This document shows positions 32,527-43,348 of a stretch of DNA of 64,000 nucleotides, piece after piece. The DNA comes from an uncultured Pelagibacteraceae bacterium (GTDB taxonomy: Bacteria > Pseudomonadota > Alphaproteobacteria > Pelagibacterales > Pelagibacteraceae): the NCBI GenBank assembly GCA_902608305.1, contig CACLNK010000001.1:12244-76243 (forward strand). The letters are read 5' to 3'. A model generated the notes under the pieces. It saw nothing but the letters and a program-made list of their open reading frames with translations. It made no database searches and was not told the origin of the DNA. The position numbers and the translations under genes were made by a program. Within the stretch, counting starts at the first letter, position 1. Each line of letters opens with the position of its first letter.

Positions 32527-33438
32527 TTATTGATTAAACCTTAAACTTTTGAGTATAGTATTTCCATCTAGATTTTTAATATCTATTGTTACATTTTTAT
32601 CTAATCGCATATCTTTATTGTCTTTCCATATTCCTGCAGCAAGATGCATAATTCCTATTTTGTAATTTGGTAAATATGGTTCAACAAAAGTTTGTTCTTT
32701 ATCATCATATTTAGGAAGAAGATTGCTTGCTATCCAATTGCAATTCAAAGGTAAAAATTCAGTTTCAACATTATCAATATAAACACTCATGTTAATAGCG
32801 AGTCCTTCTGAACCAAAAATTTTTCCTGCCTTAAGAGTTGTTGCAAGGTTATGCTGCCAACTTTTCCAGCATGGTGAATTATGTTGCATCGAAAAAACGC
32901 CAATGTTTACGTGTGGAGCAAATGCCAATTTTCTAGCTTTATTTAAATTAATTTTTGAACTTATTGCATGTTTAAAATTTTGAGATTTGATAATAGCTAT
33001 TTTTCCAAAAAGCCATCTAACTTTTGACATAATCTTATACCCTGGACTGAATGTTTGAGTAATGCCAAGTTTGCCATTTTCACAAGCTTTAAAATATAAT
33101 TCAATTGATTTCCAATCATTGACCCATGCGTCACAATCAATCCATAAATATTTTTCATAATTTGGAAAATATTTAGGAAGAAAAGCTCTTGATACTTGGC
33201 TTTTAAGCCATTCTTTTCCTATAACTTTAAATGCAGAAACATCAATATCCCATTCTGCACTTTTTATTTCATCAACTTTTTTTCTTAAAGTATTTTTTTG
33301 ATCTTGTTTTAGGCCAGCATCTAAAACACAAATTGCTACATTTTTACTTTCATCAAATCTTTTAATTGAATCGATTAATTCGTTTAATAACTCAAAATAA
33401 TCAGAGTTTGCTAATGAAATGATTGCATTTTTTTTCAT
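32527..33438 (-). CDS. GT-A fold glycosyltransferase (GT8-like)
   Basis: RAFLPKYFP, YLWIDCDAW (DxD), NIGVF, IMHLA. Confidence 0.7.
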   Translation of the reverse strand: MKKNAIISLANSDYFELLNELIDSIKRFDESKNVAICVLDAGLKQDQKNTLRKKVDEIKSAEWDIDVSAFKVIGKEWLKSQVSRAFLPKYFPNYEKYLWIDCDAWVNDWKSIELYFKACENGKLGITQTFSPGYKIMSKVRWLFGKIAIIKSQNFKHAISSKINLNKARKLAFAPHVNIGVFSMQHNSPCWKSWQHNLATTLKAGKIFGSEGLAINMSVYIDNVETEFLPLNCNWIASNLLPKYDDKEQTFVEPYLPNYKIGIMHLAAGIWKDNKDMRLDKNVTIDIKNLDGNTILKSLRFNQ

Positions 33439-34242
33439 TTATAACACATCTTCAAAATCTTCATTTTCATCATTTAGATTTTTAATATTGTGTTTTTTAT
33501 TCAACTTTTGATAATGAATAAAGCTTAAAGGAATAATGCATAAATATATTGTGCCAGTTATAATCATTACTTTAAAAGGATATATTAATAAAAGACCAAA
33601 AAATAAAACTATCCCAAATAACAAAAAAATAGTCATACTTCTAGGAACAATAATTTTTTTGAATGAATAAGTTGGAAACTTGCTTATTAAAAGAAATGAA
33701 ATTGCTATAAATAAAATTGGTACTGATAATTTATAATTAACATTAAATAATTCAAGTTCACTTAAACTATATATTAAAGGCATTAAAACTAAAATACCTC
33801 CTGATGGAGATGGTATTCCTTGAAAAAAATTATCTTTCCATGAGGGTTCCTCATTAGAATTAACATTAAATCTAGCAAGTCTTAAAGCTACGCACACAAC
33901 ATAAATTAAGCATATTAACCAACCAATTTTTCCTAAATTGTTTAAAGACCAAAAATACATTATAAAAGCTGGAGCAACACCAAAACTTATTACATCTGTT
34001 AGTGAATCTAGCTCTTTTCCAACTTTTGTAGTAGCTTTAATTAATCTCGCTATACGACCATCCAAACCATCAATTAAAGCTGCAAATACAATTGCTATAA
34101 TAGAAAGCTCATATTTTGCATCAATTGCAAATTTAATTGAACTTAATCCTACACATACTCCAATTAAAGTAAGTGTATTTGGTAAAATCATTCTCACTTT
34201 TTTTTCTGAGACTAATCTAAAATTACTTTTTGGTTGTTCCAT
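33439..34242 (-). CDS. pssA: CDP-diacylglycerol--serine O-phosphatidyltransferase
   Basis: PNTLT, DGLDGRIAR, GKELDSLTDVISFGVAP, LRLARFN. Confidence 0.95.
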   Translation of the reverse strand: MEQPKSNFRLVSEKKVRMILPNTLTLIGVCVGLSSIKFAIDAKYELSIIAIVFAALIDGLDGRIARLIKATTKVGKELDSLTDVISFGVAPAFIMYFWSLNNLGKIGWLICLIYVVCVALRLARFNVNSNEEPSWKDNFFQGIPSPSGGILVLMPLIYSLSELELFNVNYKLSVPILFIAISFLLISKFPTYSFKKIIVPRSMTIFLLFGIVLFFGLLLIYPFKVMIITGTIYLCIIPLSFIHYQKLNKKHNIKNLNDENEDFEDVL

Positions 34243-34246
34243 TTAA

Positions 34247-34894
34247 TTATTTTCTAGCTAATAATGTTTCTCCAGCAATAGCTTGTTGGTTTGCTTTAAT
34301 AAGAGGATTATAATTTTCAAAATATATCTCTGCTCTACTTCCAAATCTTATTATTCCAATTCTAGAGCCCTGTTGTAATTCCTGGTCTTTTGAAGTTTCA
34401 CAAACAATTCTTCTTGCTATTAATCCGGCTATCTGAACTACAACAATATCTTCACCTTGTTTATTTGTAATTTTATAATAATTTCTCTCATTGTCCTCGC
34501 TTGCTTTATCTAACGAAGCATTTAAAAATTTTCCTGGTTTATAAAGAATTTCCGAAACTTTTCCAGCACATGGCGATCTATTTACATGGCAATCAAAAGC
34601 ATTCATAAAAATACTAATTTTTTTAAAATTTTTATTTTCCAAACCAAGTTCTTTAGGTCCTTTTGTTTCTGTTACCTCTAAAACTAATCCGTCTGCAGGG
34701 CTAACCAAATAATTTTCATCATTAATTGAAACTCGTTCAGGATCTCTAAAAAAATAATAAATCCAAACTGTAAGCAATAAACTTATTAATCCTAAAAAAC
34801 TGCTTACAAAATATAGAACTATTGTTATGAAAACAGCTATAATTAAAAATTTATAACCCTCTGAATGAATTTTTGGAAAAATCTTATCTAGCAT
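34247..34894 (-). CDS. psd: Phosphatidylserine decarboxylase proenzyme
   Basis: FFRDPER, SPADG, HVNRSP, QIAGLIARR, FGS cleavage site. Confidence 0.95.
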   Translation of the reverse strand: MLDKIFPKIHSEGYKFLIIAVFITIVLYFVSSFLGLISLLLTVWIYYFFRDPERVSINDENYLVSPADGLVLEVTETKGPKELGLENKNFKKISIFMNAFDCHVNRSPCAGKVSEILYKPGKFLNASLDKASEDNERNYYKITNKQGEDIVVVQIAGLIARRIVCETSKDQELQQGSRIGIIRFGSRAEIYFENYNPLIKANQQAIAGETLLARK

Positions 34895-34972
34895 AATCTT
34901 TAATTTGATAATTCTTGATTAATATGTATATAAAACTCCAAAATTCAATTAATAAGATATATTGTTAAATAT

Positions 34973-36187
34973 ATGAGCAAAATTAAGGTTAAAAACCCAA
35001 TAGTCGAGTTAGATGGCGATGAAATGGCTAGAGTAATATGGGCTTTTATTAAAAACAAGCTGATATTGCCCTATATGGATTTAAAAATAGAATACTTTGA
35101 TTTGGGAATTAAGAGTAGAGACAACACTTCTGATCAAATTACCATTGAATGTGCTAATGCAATAAAGAAAAATGGTGTTGGAATTAAATGTGCCACCATA
35201 ACACCTGACGAAGGTAGGGTTGAAGAATTTAGTTTAAAAAAAATGTGGCGTTCACCCAATGGAACAATTCGAAATATTATTGGGGGAACTGTTTTTAGAG
35301 AACCTATAATATGTAAAAATATTCCAAAACTTGTGCCCTCTTGGACTAATCCAGTAATAATTGGTCGTCATGCTTTTGGAGATCAATATAGAGCAACAGA
35401 TTTTAAAGTACCAGGCAAAGGTAAATTAGAAATTAAATGGACGGCAGAAGATGGGAGTGGTGAAAAAAAATATGAAGTATTTAACTTTCCTGGTCCAGGA
35501 ATTGCTTTATCAATGTACAACTTGGATAAATCTATCGAAGATTTCGCAAGATCTTGCTTTAACTATGGATTGATAAAAAAATGGCCTGTTTATTTTTCAA
35601 CCAAAAATACAATATTAAAAACTTATGATGGAAGGTTTAAAGATATTTTTGCTCACATTTTTGAAAGAGAATTTAAATCAAAATTTGAAAAAAATAAGAT
35701 CACATACGAACATAAATTAATTGACGATATGGTCGCTTGTGCAATGAAATGGAGTGGTAAATATATTTGGGCATGCAAAAATTATGATGGAGATGTTCAG
35801 TCAGATACCGTTGCTCAAGGCTATGGATCTTTAGGTTTAATGACCAGTGTTCTGCTTGCACCAGATGGAAGAACTATGGAATCGGAGGCTGCCCATGGAA
35901 CTGTCACAAGACATTTTAGATTACATCAACAAGGAAAGGAGACTTCAACTAATCCTATTGCTTCCATTTTTGCTTGGACAAGAGGTTTAAAACATAGAGG
36001 CGATTTAGATAATAACGAAGAACTAACAAATTTTTCATCAACTTTAGAAAAAGTTTGTATTAATACTGTCGAAAGTGGGTCAATGACAAAAGATCTTGCA
36101 ATCTTGGTTGGACCTTCAAATAAATATATGACAACCAATCAATTTTTGGATGAATTAGATGGTAATTTAAAGAAAAAACTAAATTAA
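34973..36187 (+). CDS. icd: NADP-dependent isocitrate dehydrogenase
   Basis: [42 protein letters not shown]. Confidence 0.98.
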   Translation: MSKIKVKNPIVELDGDEMARVIWAFIKNKLILPYMDLKIEYFDLGIKSRDNTSDQITIECANAIKKNGVGIKCATITPDEGRVEEFSLKKMWRSPNGTIRNIIGGTVFREPIICKNIPKLVPSWTNPVIIGRHAFGDQYRATDFKVPGKGKLEIKWTAEDGSGEKKYEVFNFPGPGIALSMYNLDKSIEDFARSCFNYGLIKKWPVYFSTKNTILKTYDGRFKDIFAHIFEREFKSKFEKNKITYEHKLIDDMVACAMKWSGKYIWACKNYDGDVQSDTVAQGYGSLGLMTSVLLAPDGRTMESEAAHGTVTRHFRLHQQGKETSTNPIASIFAWTRGLKHRGDLDNNEELTNFSSTLEKVCINTVESGSMTKDLAILVGPSNKYMTTNQFLDELDGNLKKKLN

Positions 36188-38845
36188 AGATTTTATTTTT
36201 TCAAAAGCTTCATCAATCTTATTTATTTCTAATCCACCAGCTTGTGCAAAATCAGATCTTCCACCACCGCCCTTCCCTCCAACTATCTCTGAACCAGCTT
36301 TTGCAAGTTTTACTGCATCATACTTTTCCTTAAGCTTATTTGTTACACCCACAGCTAAGCCGATTTTGTTATCTTTGCTTGCAAATACAACGACTATTCC
36401 TTCTCCTAATTCTTTCTTTCCAACATCAACTATCTTTCTCAGGTCTTTTGGGGATAAGTCATTAATTTTTTGAAATCTAACTTTTACATTTTTAATATTT
36501 TGATCGTTAATTATATTTTTTTTTTTATCAGATAAAATGGATTTGACTAAAAGCTGTTCATGTTGCTTAATTAAATCTTTTATTAAAACTTGCTGATTTT
36601 TGTTTTCTAAATTTGGCTTTCCTCCAAACTTAATAATTTTTGCTGCTAAATCTTTAACTTTTTCTTCACTCTCCTGGCTTGAAAGATCTGATAATTTTTC
36701 TTTTTCACTTAAATACTCTTGCAGCTGTTTATCTCTCAAAGCTTCAACTCTTCTAATACCTGCTGCTATTGAAGATTGGTTAATTATCTTAAATTTTCCA
36801 ATATCCCCTGTGTTTCTAACATGCGTTCCACCACATAATTCGGTAGAAAAATACTTATCTTTTTCATCCCCCATAGATAAAACTCTTACCTCATCGCCAT
36901 ATTTTTCACCAAACAAAGCTAAAGCACCATTATCTACGGCCTCTTTTGGAGTCATTATTCTTGTTCTAACGTCAGATTTTTTTTCAATCATTGAGTTAAC
37001 ATGGGTTTCTATTTTTTTCACTTCTTCAGGTGAGATAGATTTCATATGACTAAAATCAAATCTCAATCTATCTGGCGCAACTAATGAACCTTTTTGAATT
37101 ACATGAGTTCCTAATACTCTTCTAAGGGACTCGTGCAATAAATGTGTTACAGAATGATAAGCTCTAATGTTTTCTCTTCTGTTAATATCTATCTTCATTT
37201 CAACATTTTCATTTAACCTAATAGAACCTTTAACTATTTTTCCATAATGGATAAAAAGGTCTCCTAATTTTTTTTGAACATCAATTACTTCAAAAATAAA
37301 TTTTTCAGAAGAAATCGTTCCTGTATCACCAACTTGTCCTCCAGATTCCCCATAAAATGGTGTTTGATTACATATTATTATTCCATCCTCTCCATTGTTT
37401 AATGAGTCAACTTCTTTGCTATTTTTTAATAAAGAAATAACTACACCTTCAGCTTGATTAGTTTCATATCCTAAAAATTCTGTTGGGCCCAATTTGTCTT
37501 TTATACCAAACCAAATTTCATCGATAGAATCATCTCCAGAACCTTTCCAATTTTTTTTAGCAAGTTCTCTGCTTTCTTTCATCAGAGATTGAAATTTTAT
37601 GTAGTCAACTTTTAAAGATTTATTTTTTAAAATATCTTCTGTTAAATCTATTGGAAATCCATAAGTATCATAAAGTTTAAATGCTACTTCACCAGATAAA
37701 ATTTTGTCAATTTTTGAAATCTCATCATTTAAAATTTTTATTCCACGCTCCAAAAGAACTAAAAATTTTTCTTCTTCCATTCTTAAAGTTTCTTTAATCA
37801 AAGATTGTGCTCTGTTAAGTTCAGGATAATTATCTGACATTTCTTCTTGAAGTGTTTTAAATATATTAAAGAATATTGGTTCTTTTGCTCCTAGTAGGTG
37901 AGAATGTCTCATTCCTCTCCTCATTATTCTTCTAAGTACATAACCTCTACCTTCATTAGAAGGTAAAACTCCTTCAGCAATTAAAAATGAACTTGCTCTT
38001 AAATGATCGGCAATAACTCTAAAGCTTGAAACATTTTTTTCGTCTGGTTTTTTATTGACAGCATTAGAAGTTGCTTGAATTAATTTTTTAAAATGATCGG
38101 TTGTATAATTATCATGACTTCCTTGTAGTAAAGCTGAAATTCTTTCTAATCCCATTCCAGTATCCACAGATGGTTTTGGCAAATCAATTCTCTTGTCTTT
38201 GGTAATTTGTTCAAATTGCATGAAAACTAAGTTCCAAATTTCAATAAATCTATTTCCATCTTGATCTTTTGTTCCGGGTAATCCACCTTTTAGATGTTCG
38301 CCATGATCAAAGAAAATCTCAGAACAAGGCCCACATGGGCCTGTTTCTCCCATAGACCAAAAATTATCTGAAGTTGCTATTCTAATTATTCTACTTTCGT
38401 TTAAACCAGCTACTTTTTTCCATAAATTAAATGCATCATTATCTTCCTTAAAAACTGTTACATAAAGCTTGTCTTTGTTAATTCCAAATTCTTTTGTAAT
38501 TAAATCCCAAGCCAAACTAATAGCTTTTTCTTTAAAATAATCTCCAAAAGAAAAATTACCTAGCATTTCAAAAAATGTATGATGTCTTGGGGTATAACCC
38601 ACGTTTTCTAAATCATTATGTTTGCCGCCTGCTCTTACACATTTTTGTGAAGTGGTTGCTCTTTTATAATTTCTTTTTTCTAAGCCAGTAAAAACATTTT
38701 TAAACTGGACCATTCCAGAATTAGCAAACATTAAAGTAGGATCATTATTTGGAACTAAATTGCTAGATTCAACAATCTTATGATCGTTTTTTTCAAAATA
38801 CTTTAAAAACGTATTTCTTATTTCTTTTAATGATTTGCCAGTCAT
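36179..38845 (-). CDS. alaS: Alanine--tRNA ligase
   Basis: [48 protein letters not shown]. Confidence 0.99.
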   Translation of the reverse strand: MTGKSLKEIRNTFLKYFEKNDHKIVESSNLVPNNDPTLMFANSGMVQFKNVFTGLEKRNYKRATTSQKCVRAGGKHNDLENVGYTPRHHTFFEMLGNFSFGDYFKEKAISLAWDLITKEFGINKDKLYVTVFKEDNDAFNLWKKVAGLNESRIIRIATSDNFWSMGETGPCGPCSEIFFDHGEHLKGGLPGTKDQDGNRFIEIWNLVFMQFEQITKDKRIDLPKPSVDTGMGLERISALLQGSHDNYTTDHFKKLIQATSNAVNKKPDEKNVSSFRVIADHLRASSFLIAEGVLPSNEGRGYVLRRIMRRGMRHSHLLGAKEPIFFNIFKTLQEEMSDNYPELNRAQSLIKETLRMEEEKFLVLLERGIKILNDEISKIDKILSGEVAFKLYDTYGFPIDLTEDILKNKSLKVDYIKFQSLMKESRELAKKNWKGSGDDSIDEIWFGIKDKLGPTEFLGYETNQAEGVVISLLKNSKEVDSLNNGEDGIIICNQTPFYGESGGQVGDTGTISSEKFIFEVIDVQKKLGDLFIHYGKIVKGSIRLNENVEMKIDINRRENIRAYHSVTHLLHESLRRVLGTHVIQKGSLVAPDRLRFDFSHMKSISPEEVKKIETHVNSMIEKKSDVRTRIMTPKEAVDNGALALFGEKYGDEVRVLSMGDEKDKYFSTELCGGTHVRNTGDIGKFKIINQSSIAAGIRRVEALRDKQLQEYLSEKEKLSDLSSQESEEKVKDLAAKIIKFGGKPNLENKNQQVLIKDLIKQHEQLLVKSILSDKKKNIINDQNIKNVKVRFQKINDLSPKDLRKIVDVGKKELGEGIVVVFASKDNKIGLAVGVTNKLKEKYDAVKLAKAGSEIVGGKGGGGRSDFAQAGGLEINKIDEAFEKIKSLI

Positions 38846-38893
38846 ATTTTTAAAATACAGCTTTTTTATTTGATGTCTAGATAACTGTAAGGG

Positions 38894-38922
38894 AAAAAAG
38901 GCGCTTAAAATAAGCGCCTTTT
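38894..38922 (-). terminator. Intrinsic terminator after recA
   Basis: Perfect inverted repeat AAAAGGCGCTTA-3nt-TAAGCGCCTTTT, T6 tail on minus strand. Confidence 0.85.
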
Positions 38923-38944
38923 ATTAACTAAAGATGGCTTTTAA

Positions 38945-40066
38945 CTAATTCTTTTGTGTTGGAATTTCTTCCTTAGGATCAATTTTATCTTTTTCTTGAT
39001 CTAATGGGTTGCCTTCTATCTTTTTAGATATAACTCCAGCTTTTTCTCTTATTGCTATTTCAATTTCAGCTGCAACTTTTGGATTTTGTTCTAAATAAAT
39101 CTTAGCATTTTCTCTGCCTTGACCTATTTTTTCTCCTTTATAAGCATACCACGCGCCTGATTTTTCAACTATATCGGCTTTAGCTCCAAGATCTACTAAC
39201 TCTCCAACTTTACTAATTCCTTTGCCATACATCAAATCAAACTCTACAACTTTAAAAGGTGGTGATACTTTATTTTTTACTACTTTCACTCTTGTAGAAT
39301 TTCCAATAATTTGGTCTTTATCTTTTATTGCTCCAATTCTTCTAATATCCATTCTCACTGAAGAATAAAATTTTAATGCATTTCCTCCTGATGTTGTTTC
39401 AGGACTTCCAAACATCACTCCAATTTTCATTCTTATTTGGTTTATGAAAATAACCATTGTATTTGTTCTAGAAATTGAGCTTGTAAGTTTTCTTAATGCT
39501 TGACTCATTAATCTTGATTGAAGACCTACGTGATGATCTCCCATATCACCTTCAATTTCTGCTCTTGGAGTAAGTGCTGCAACTGAGTCTATTACTAAAA
39601 CTGAAACTGATCCTGATTTTATTAGTGTGTCAGCTATTTCTAATGCCTGTTCACCTGTATCAGGTTGCGAAATTAATAATTCTTCAGTATCAACTCCTAA
39701 TTTTTTTGCATATACTGGGTCTAAAGCATGTTCTGCATCTACAAAACCACATATACCTCCGTTTTTCTGAGCTTCGGCAACAACTTGTAAAGCTAGCGTA
39801 GTTTTTCCTGATGACTCAGGACCATAAATTTCAATAACTCTTCCTTTTGGCAAACCTCCTATACCTAATGCCAAGTCTAAACTTAAAGATCCTGTAGAAA
39901 TAGATTCAATATCCATTGCTGTTTGTTGGCCAAGTTTCATTACTGAACCTTTGCCAAAAGTATCTGTGATTTGACTGATTGCTGCGTCTAAAGCTTTATT
40001 CTTTTCCTTTTTATCTAAATCTTGGTCTTTTGTAGATTTAACTACTTTTAGGTTGTTTTTAGTCAT
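38945..40066 (-). CDS. recA: Recombinase A
   Basis: [39 protein letters not shown]. Confidence 0.99.
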   Translation of the reverse strand: MTKNNLKVVKSTKDQDLDKKEKNKALDAAISQITDTFGKGSVMKLGQQTAMDIESISTGSLSLDLALGIGGLPKGRVIEIYGPESSGKTTLALQVVAEAQKNGGICGFVDAEHALDPVYAKKLGVDTEELLISQPDTGEQALEIADTLIKSGSVSVLVIDSVAALTPRAEIEGDMGDHHVGLQSRLMSQALRKLTSSISRTNTMVIFINQIRMKIGVMFGSPETTSGGNALKFYSSVRMDIRRIGAIKDKDQIIGNSTRVKVVKNKVSPPFKVVEFDLMYGKGISKVGELVDLGAKADIVEKSGAWYAYKGEKIGQGRENAKIYLEQNPKVAAEIEIAIREKAGVISKKIEGNPLDQEKDKIDPKEEIPTQKN

Positions 40067-40116
40067 TTTTACCTCTTTTTTTTATAATAATTAGTGTTCG
40101 AATCATATTTTTAAAT

Positions 40117-40131
40117 GTACACATTTTGTTC
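40117..40131 (-). promoter_or_regulatory. LexA (SOS) box upstream of recA
   Basis: Minus strand GAAC-AAAATGT-GTAC, matching the alphaproteobacterial GAAC-N7-GAAC/GTAC box. Confidence 0.8.
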
Positions 40132-40179
40132 TCATTATCAATATAATAATTGCTAAACCTTATAAAATGGTTGATTTAC

Positions 40180-41478
40180 TTAGTTAATTTGAAGGTGTTC
40201 CAATGTCAATAATCCAATAGACTGCAATAACTTGAATTGAGATAGTAGATAATTTCTTTCAGCGTTAGCAAAGCTGATTTTTGAATCTAAAAGTAAACTA
40301 TTAGATTGAATAACGTCTAGAGTAGATCTTCCAAGGCCAGACTCATATTCAACTGTAATCCCTTCATTTGCTATTTCTGCTGCTTTAACCTGAGATTTAA
40401 CTGAATCTAATAAACTTTTTGATGATTGAAAGTTAGACCAAGCACTTGCAACATCTGTATTATTTGTTTTGATCGCATTATCTAATAACAATTTTTTTTG
40501 ATATTTTATATTTCTATTTTTATTAACTTCAGCTTTATTTTTTCCACCAGTATAAAAAGGCCACTTAACTGTAGCTTTAAGTATTTTTTTATCACGTTCA
40601 TTATAAGTAGAGCTTAAGTCTTCAGTTTGTGAAGCTTCAAAGGATAAAGATGCTGAAGGTAGCATATCTGACTCAGCTATTCGTATGTCTTTTTCTGACT
40701 GTAAATATTCTAATTTAGCAATAATTAATATTGGATTTCTCTTTTTAGAAATATTATTAGCTTCATTTAAATTTTTAGGAATTTTAATATTTAGTTTTGG
40801 ATTTTCATTTAAATCATCAAAATTAATAATTGTACCAATAACATTTTCATAAACTAGTCGACTTGTCATAGTATCATTTTTTGCTTGTATAAATTTTGCT
40901 TTGGCCCCAGCTAATGAAGACTCGGACTGTGCTAGGTCTGAAATAGTAATTTGTCCTCTTTCTAATCTTGCTTGATCTGTCTCTACTTGTCTATCAAGTA
41001 GACTGATATTGCTTTGGTTAATTTTTAATTTTTTATTTGTAAAAATTAATCCTGTATATGCCTCTACAGCTTTATAAAGTATTTCTTGTTCTACTTTTAA
41101 AATTTTTGCTTTAGCTAAATCCATGCCAATTTTACTTTTTTCTAAATCTGCACTTCTACTTTTTCCATCGTATAAAGTTTGTTCAATCAATATGGATTTT
41201 GTTAATGGATCAACATCGGTAATTGTTGCATCTTCTCCACTTTGGTTTGTAAGTTTAGTTGTATCTTCTCTACTTTTAGTTCCTGTGATAGTTATAGTGG
41301 GTAAAAATTCGCTTTTCGAAATGTTTAAATTTTCTTGTGAAATATTTATATTTTCTCTCTCTGCATTCAAAACTAGATTATTTTTATAAGCTTCTAATAA
41401 TGCTTCAGGCAAAGTTACAGCTAATAAGTTAGTGTTAAAAAGAAAACTTATAAAAAAAATAATAAATATTTGTTTCAT
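40180..41478 (-). CDS. tolC: TolC-family outer membrane protein
   Basis: Signal peptide, two OEP repeats, RSTLDVI, QTLYDG/WPFYTGG. Confidence 0.88.
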   Translation of the reverse strand: MKQIFIIFFISFLFNTNLLAVTLPEALLEAYKNNLVLNAERENINISQENLNISKSEFLPTITITGTKSREDTTKLTNQSGEDATITDVDPLTKSILIEQTLYDGKSRSADLEKSKIGMDLAKAKILKVEQEILYKAVEAYTGLIFTNKKLKINQSNISLLDRQVETDQARLERGQITISDLAQSESSLAGAKAKFIQAKNDTMTSRLVYENVIGTIINFDDLNENPKLNIKIPKNLNEANNISKKRNPILIIAKLEYLQSEKDIRIAESDMLPSASLSFEASQTEDLSSTYNERDKKILKATVKWPFYTGGKNKAEVNKNRNIKYQKKLLLDNAIKTNNTDVASAWSNFQSSKSLLDSVKSQVKAAEIANEGITVEYESGLGRSTLDVIQSNSLLLDSKISFANAERNYLLSQFKLLQSIGLLTLEHLQIN

Positions 41479-42401
41479 TAAGATGCAAATCTTATGTTAT
41501 TAATTTGGTGAAATTTATTTAAAGTTAAAACTACTTTCGAAATTTTTGGCATATCTTTAAACATTTGTAATGTTACTCTTTCATAAGTCATCATAAATCT
41601 TTTAACTTCTTTATTTGTCATAACCTTTGAATTAATATTTTTTTTTGTTTTTAATTTTCTTTCTTGTTTAATTCTCCAAGATCTTAACAAATTAAAGCTT
41701 TGAGTTTTTAGATATATAACGCTCGCAAGTTTAGAGTATAATTTTTTATATTTAGTTTTAAGTTGAAAATTTACATATTTTCTCCATTTAGCTGACGTGT
41801 CTTCATTTTTTTCCATTAAATTTACAGGTTGTATCAATTGTTTATTTTTTTGAGGTCTAGCTCCTACACACCAACCTTCCAAAATAACAATATCTGGTTT
41901 TTTTTTTAATTTATACCACTTATTTTTTTTAAATCTATCATCTATAGATTTATCAAATTTAGGTAATGATATTAATTTAAAATTATTAGTATTTAATTTT
42001 CTAAAAAAATTAAGAATTATTTTAACATCATGTGTTCCTGGAACACCTCTTGTTTGCAATAATGGGTGTACATTTTTTGATAATTTATATCTTTCTTTTA
42101 TTGTTTTATAAAAATCATCAATAGAAATAACAAAGGTTTTTTTTTTAAAGTATTTTTTTAATATAATGGAAATAATAGATGTAATCGTTGTTTTGCCTAT
42201 TCCTTGTCCTCCTGACAAACCAAGAATTAATGTTTTAGATTTATTTTTTTTTTGATCAACAATCCAAAAACATAAGGGTATCAAGTAAGTCTTTAACATT
42301 TTCTCTTTATTTTTAAATTTTTCTTTTTTTGTTTCCTGTGAAGAAATAAACTTAAAACAATCAGTTTTTACCTTTAAAAAACATTCATTAAATAATTGCA
42401 T
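41478..42401 (-). CDS. P-loop kinase, GLYK/Tda10-type D-glycerate 3-kinase-like
   Basis: GGQGIGKTT, SIDDFY, RGVPGTHD, PKFDKSIDDR, LEGWCVG. Confidence 0.75.
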   Translation of the reverse strand: MQLFNECFLKVKTDCFKFISSQETKKEKFKNKEKMLKTYLIPLCFWIVDQKKNKSKTLILGLSGGQGIGKTTITSIISIILKKYFKKKTFVISIDDFYKTIKERYKLSKNVHPLLQTRGVPGTHDVKIILNFFRKLNTNNFKLISLPKFDKSIDDRFKKNKWYKLKKKPDIVILEGWCVGARPQKNKQLIQPVNLMEKNEDTSAKWRKYVNFQLKTKYKKLYSKLASVIYLKTQSFNLLRSWRIKQERKLKTKKNINSKVMTNKEVKRFMMTYERVTLQMFKDMPKISKVVLTLNKFHQINNIRFAS

Positions 42402-42409
42402 TAAACAGG

Positions 42410-42778
42410 TTATTTTTTGTCTAGTGGATGATTTTCACCGTCGTTTATAACTATATTTTCTAACTCAAAAGGTTTTACTCCTTCTATGCACGCAACATTC
42501 AACATATAAACTTTATCATGATTGCTTCTTGGATTTGAATAAGTATAAATTCCACACTTTGAGCAAAAATAATGTTCAGCTACTTTTGTATGATATTGAT
42601 AAAGTGTTAAAAGTTCTTTTCCTTTTATAAGTTTAAAATTTCCTGGGTCAACTGGTGTCATTATGTAACCTCTTCTTTTACAAAGAGAGCAGTTACATCT
42701 CACAAGTTTTTCAAATCCCTCTTCAGGTAACTTCACCTGAATTTCTACTCCACCACAATGACAAGTTAATTTTTTCAT
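42410..42778 (-). CDS. GFA/CENP-V family zinc protein
   Basis: CHCG, CNCSLC, FCSKCG; start 42778 or 42799. Confidence 0.9.
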   Translation of the reverse strand: MKKLTCHCGGVEIQVKLPEEGFEKLVRCNCSLCKRRGYIMTPVDPGNFKLIKGKELLTLYQYHTKVAEHYFCSKCGIYTYSNPRSNHDKVYMLNVACIEGVKPFELENIVINDGENHPLDKK

Positions 42779-42826
42779 TAGTTTATTTATAAATTTCATA
42801 ACACGATTTTTCTTATCTGATAATAG

Positions 42827-42835
42827 TTATCCACA
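42827..42835 (+). promoter_or_regulatory. Consensus DnaA box in GFA/umuD intergenic region
   Basis: Exact TTATCCACA; function not demonstrated. Confidence 0.45.
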
Positions 42836-42937
42836 ATAACATTTAGTCCTGCTTCAAATGTTCATGTTTTGATTCACTTCTGATTCACTTGTGGACTCAA
42901 AATACAACCTGATTGACTATATCTTAAATATCATATA

Positions 42938-42952
42938 GAACAAAACAAGAAC
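42938..42952 (+). promoter_or_regulatory. LexA (SOS) box abutting the umuD start codon
   Basis: GAAC-AAAACAA-GAAC perfect alphaproteobacterial consensus. Confidence 0.88.
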
Positions 42953-43348
42953 ATGAAACTAACAGTCCCATTTTACTTACATAAAGCAGGTGCGGGTTTC
43001 CCCTCTCCTGCTACAGATTACATAGAAGAAGACGTTGATCTAAATATTCATCTAATCAAAAATGTTCCTGCAACTTTTATTATTAGGGTTCAAGGAAAAT
43101 CAATGATGGAAGTTGGGATCTACGATGGAGATTTATTGGTTGTTGATAAAAGCCTTAAACCAAAAAATTTTTCTACTGTGGTTGCGAATGTTCACGATGA
43201 ACTTGTAGTAAAAAACTTTGTTAAAGAAAAAGACGAACAATTTCTTACCTCTAGTTCAAAAAAAATTGAAGATAAAATTATTATAAATAACGATTCAGAA
43301 ATTTTTATTTGGGGAGTTGTCACTTATGTCATCCACTCAGTATACTAA
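42953..43348 (+). CDS. umuD: DNA polymerase V subunit UmuD (S24 peptidase)
   Basis: AGFPSPA cleavage region, GKSM Ser, DGDLLVVD, VVK Lys, IWGVV. Confidence 0.93.
   Translation: MKLTVPFYLHKAGAGFPSPATDYIEEDVDLNIHLIKNVPATFIIRVQGKSMMEVGIYDGDLLVVDKSLKPKNFSTVVANVHDELVVKNFVKEKDEQFLTSSSKKIEDKIIINNDSEIFIWGVVTYVIHSVY

Noticed and set aside
42800-42950. Possible replication origin (DnaA box plus GANTC sites)
   Set aside because: Only one DnaA box in a short region and no origin-linked genes (dnaA, hemE, parAB) nearby
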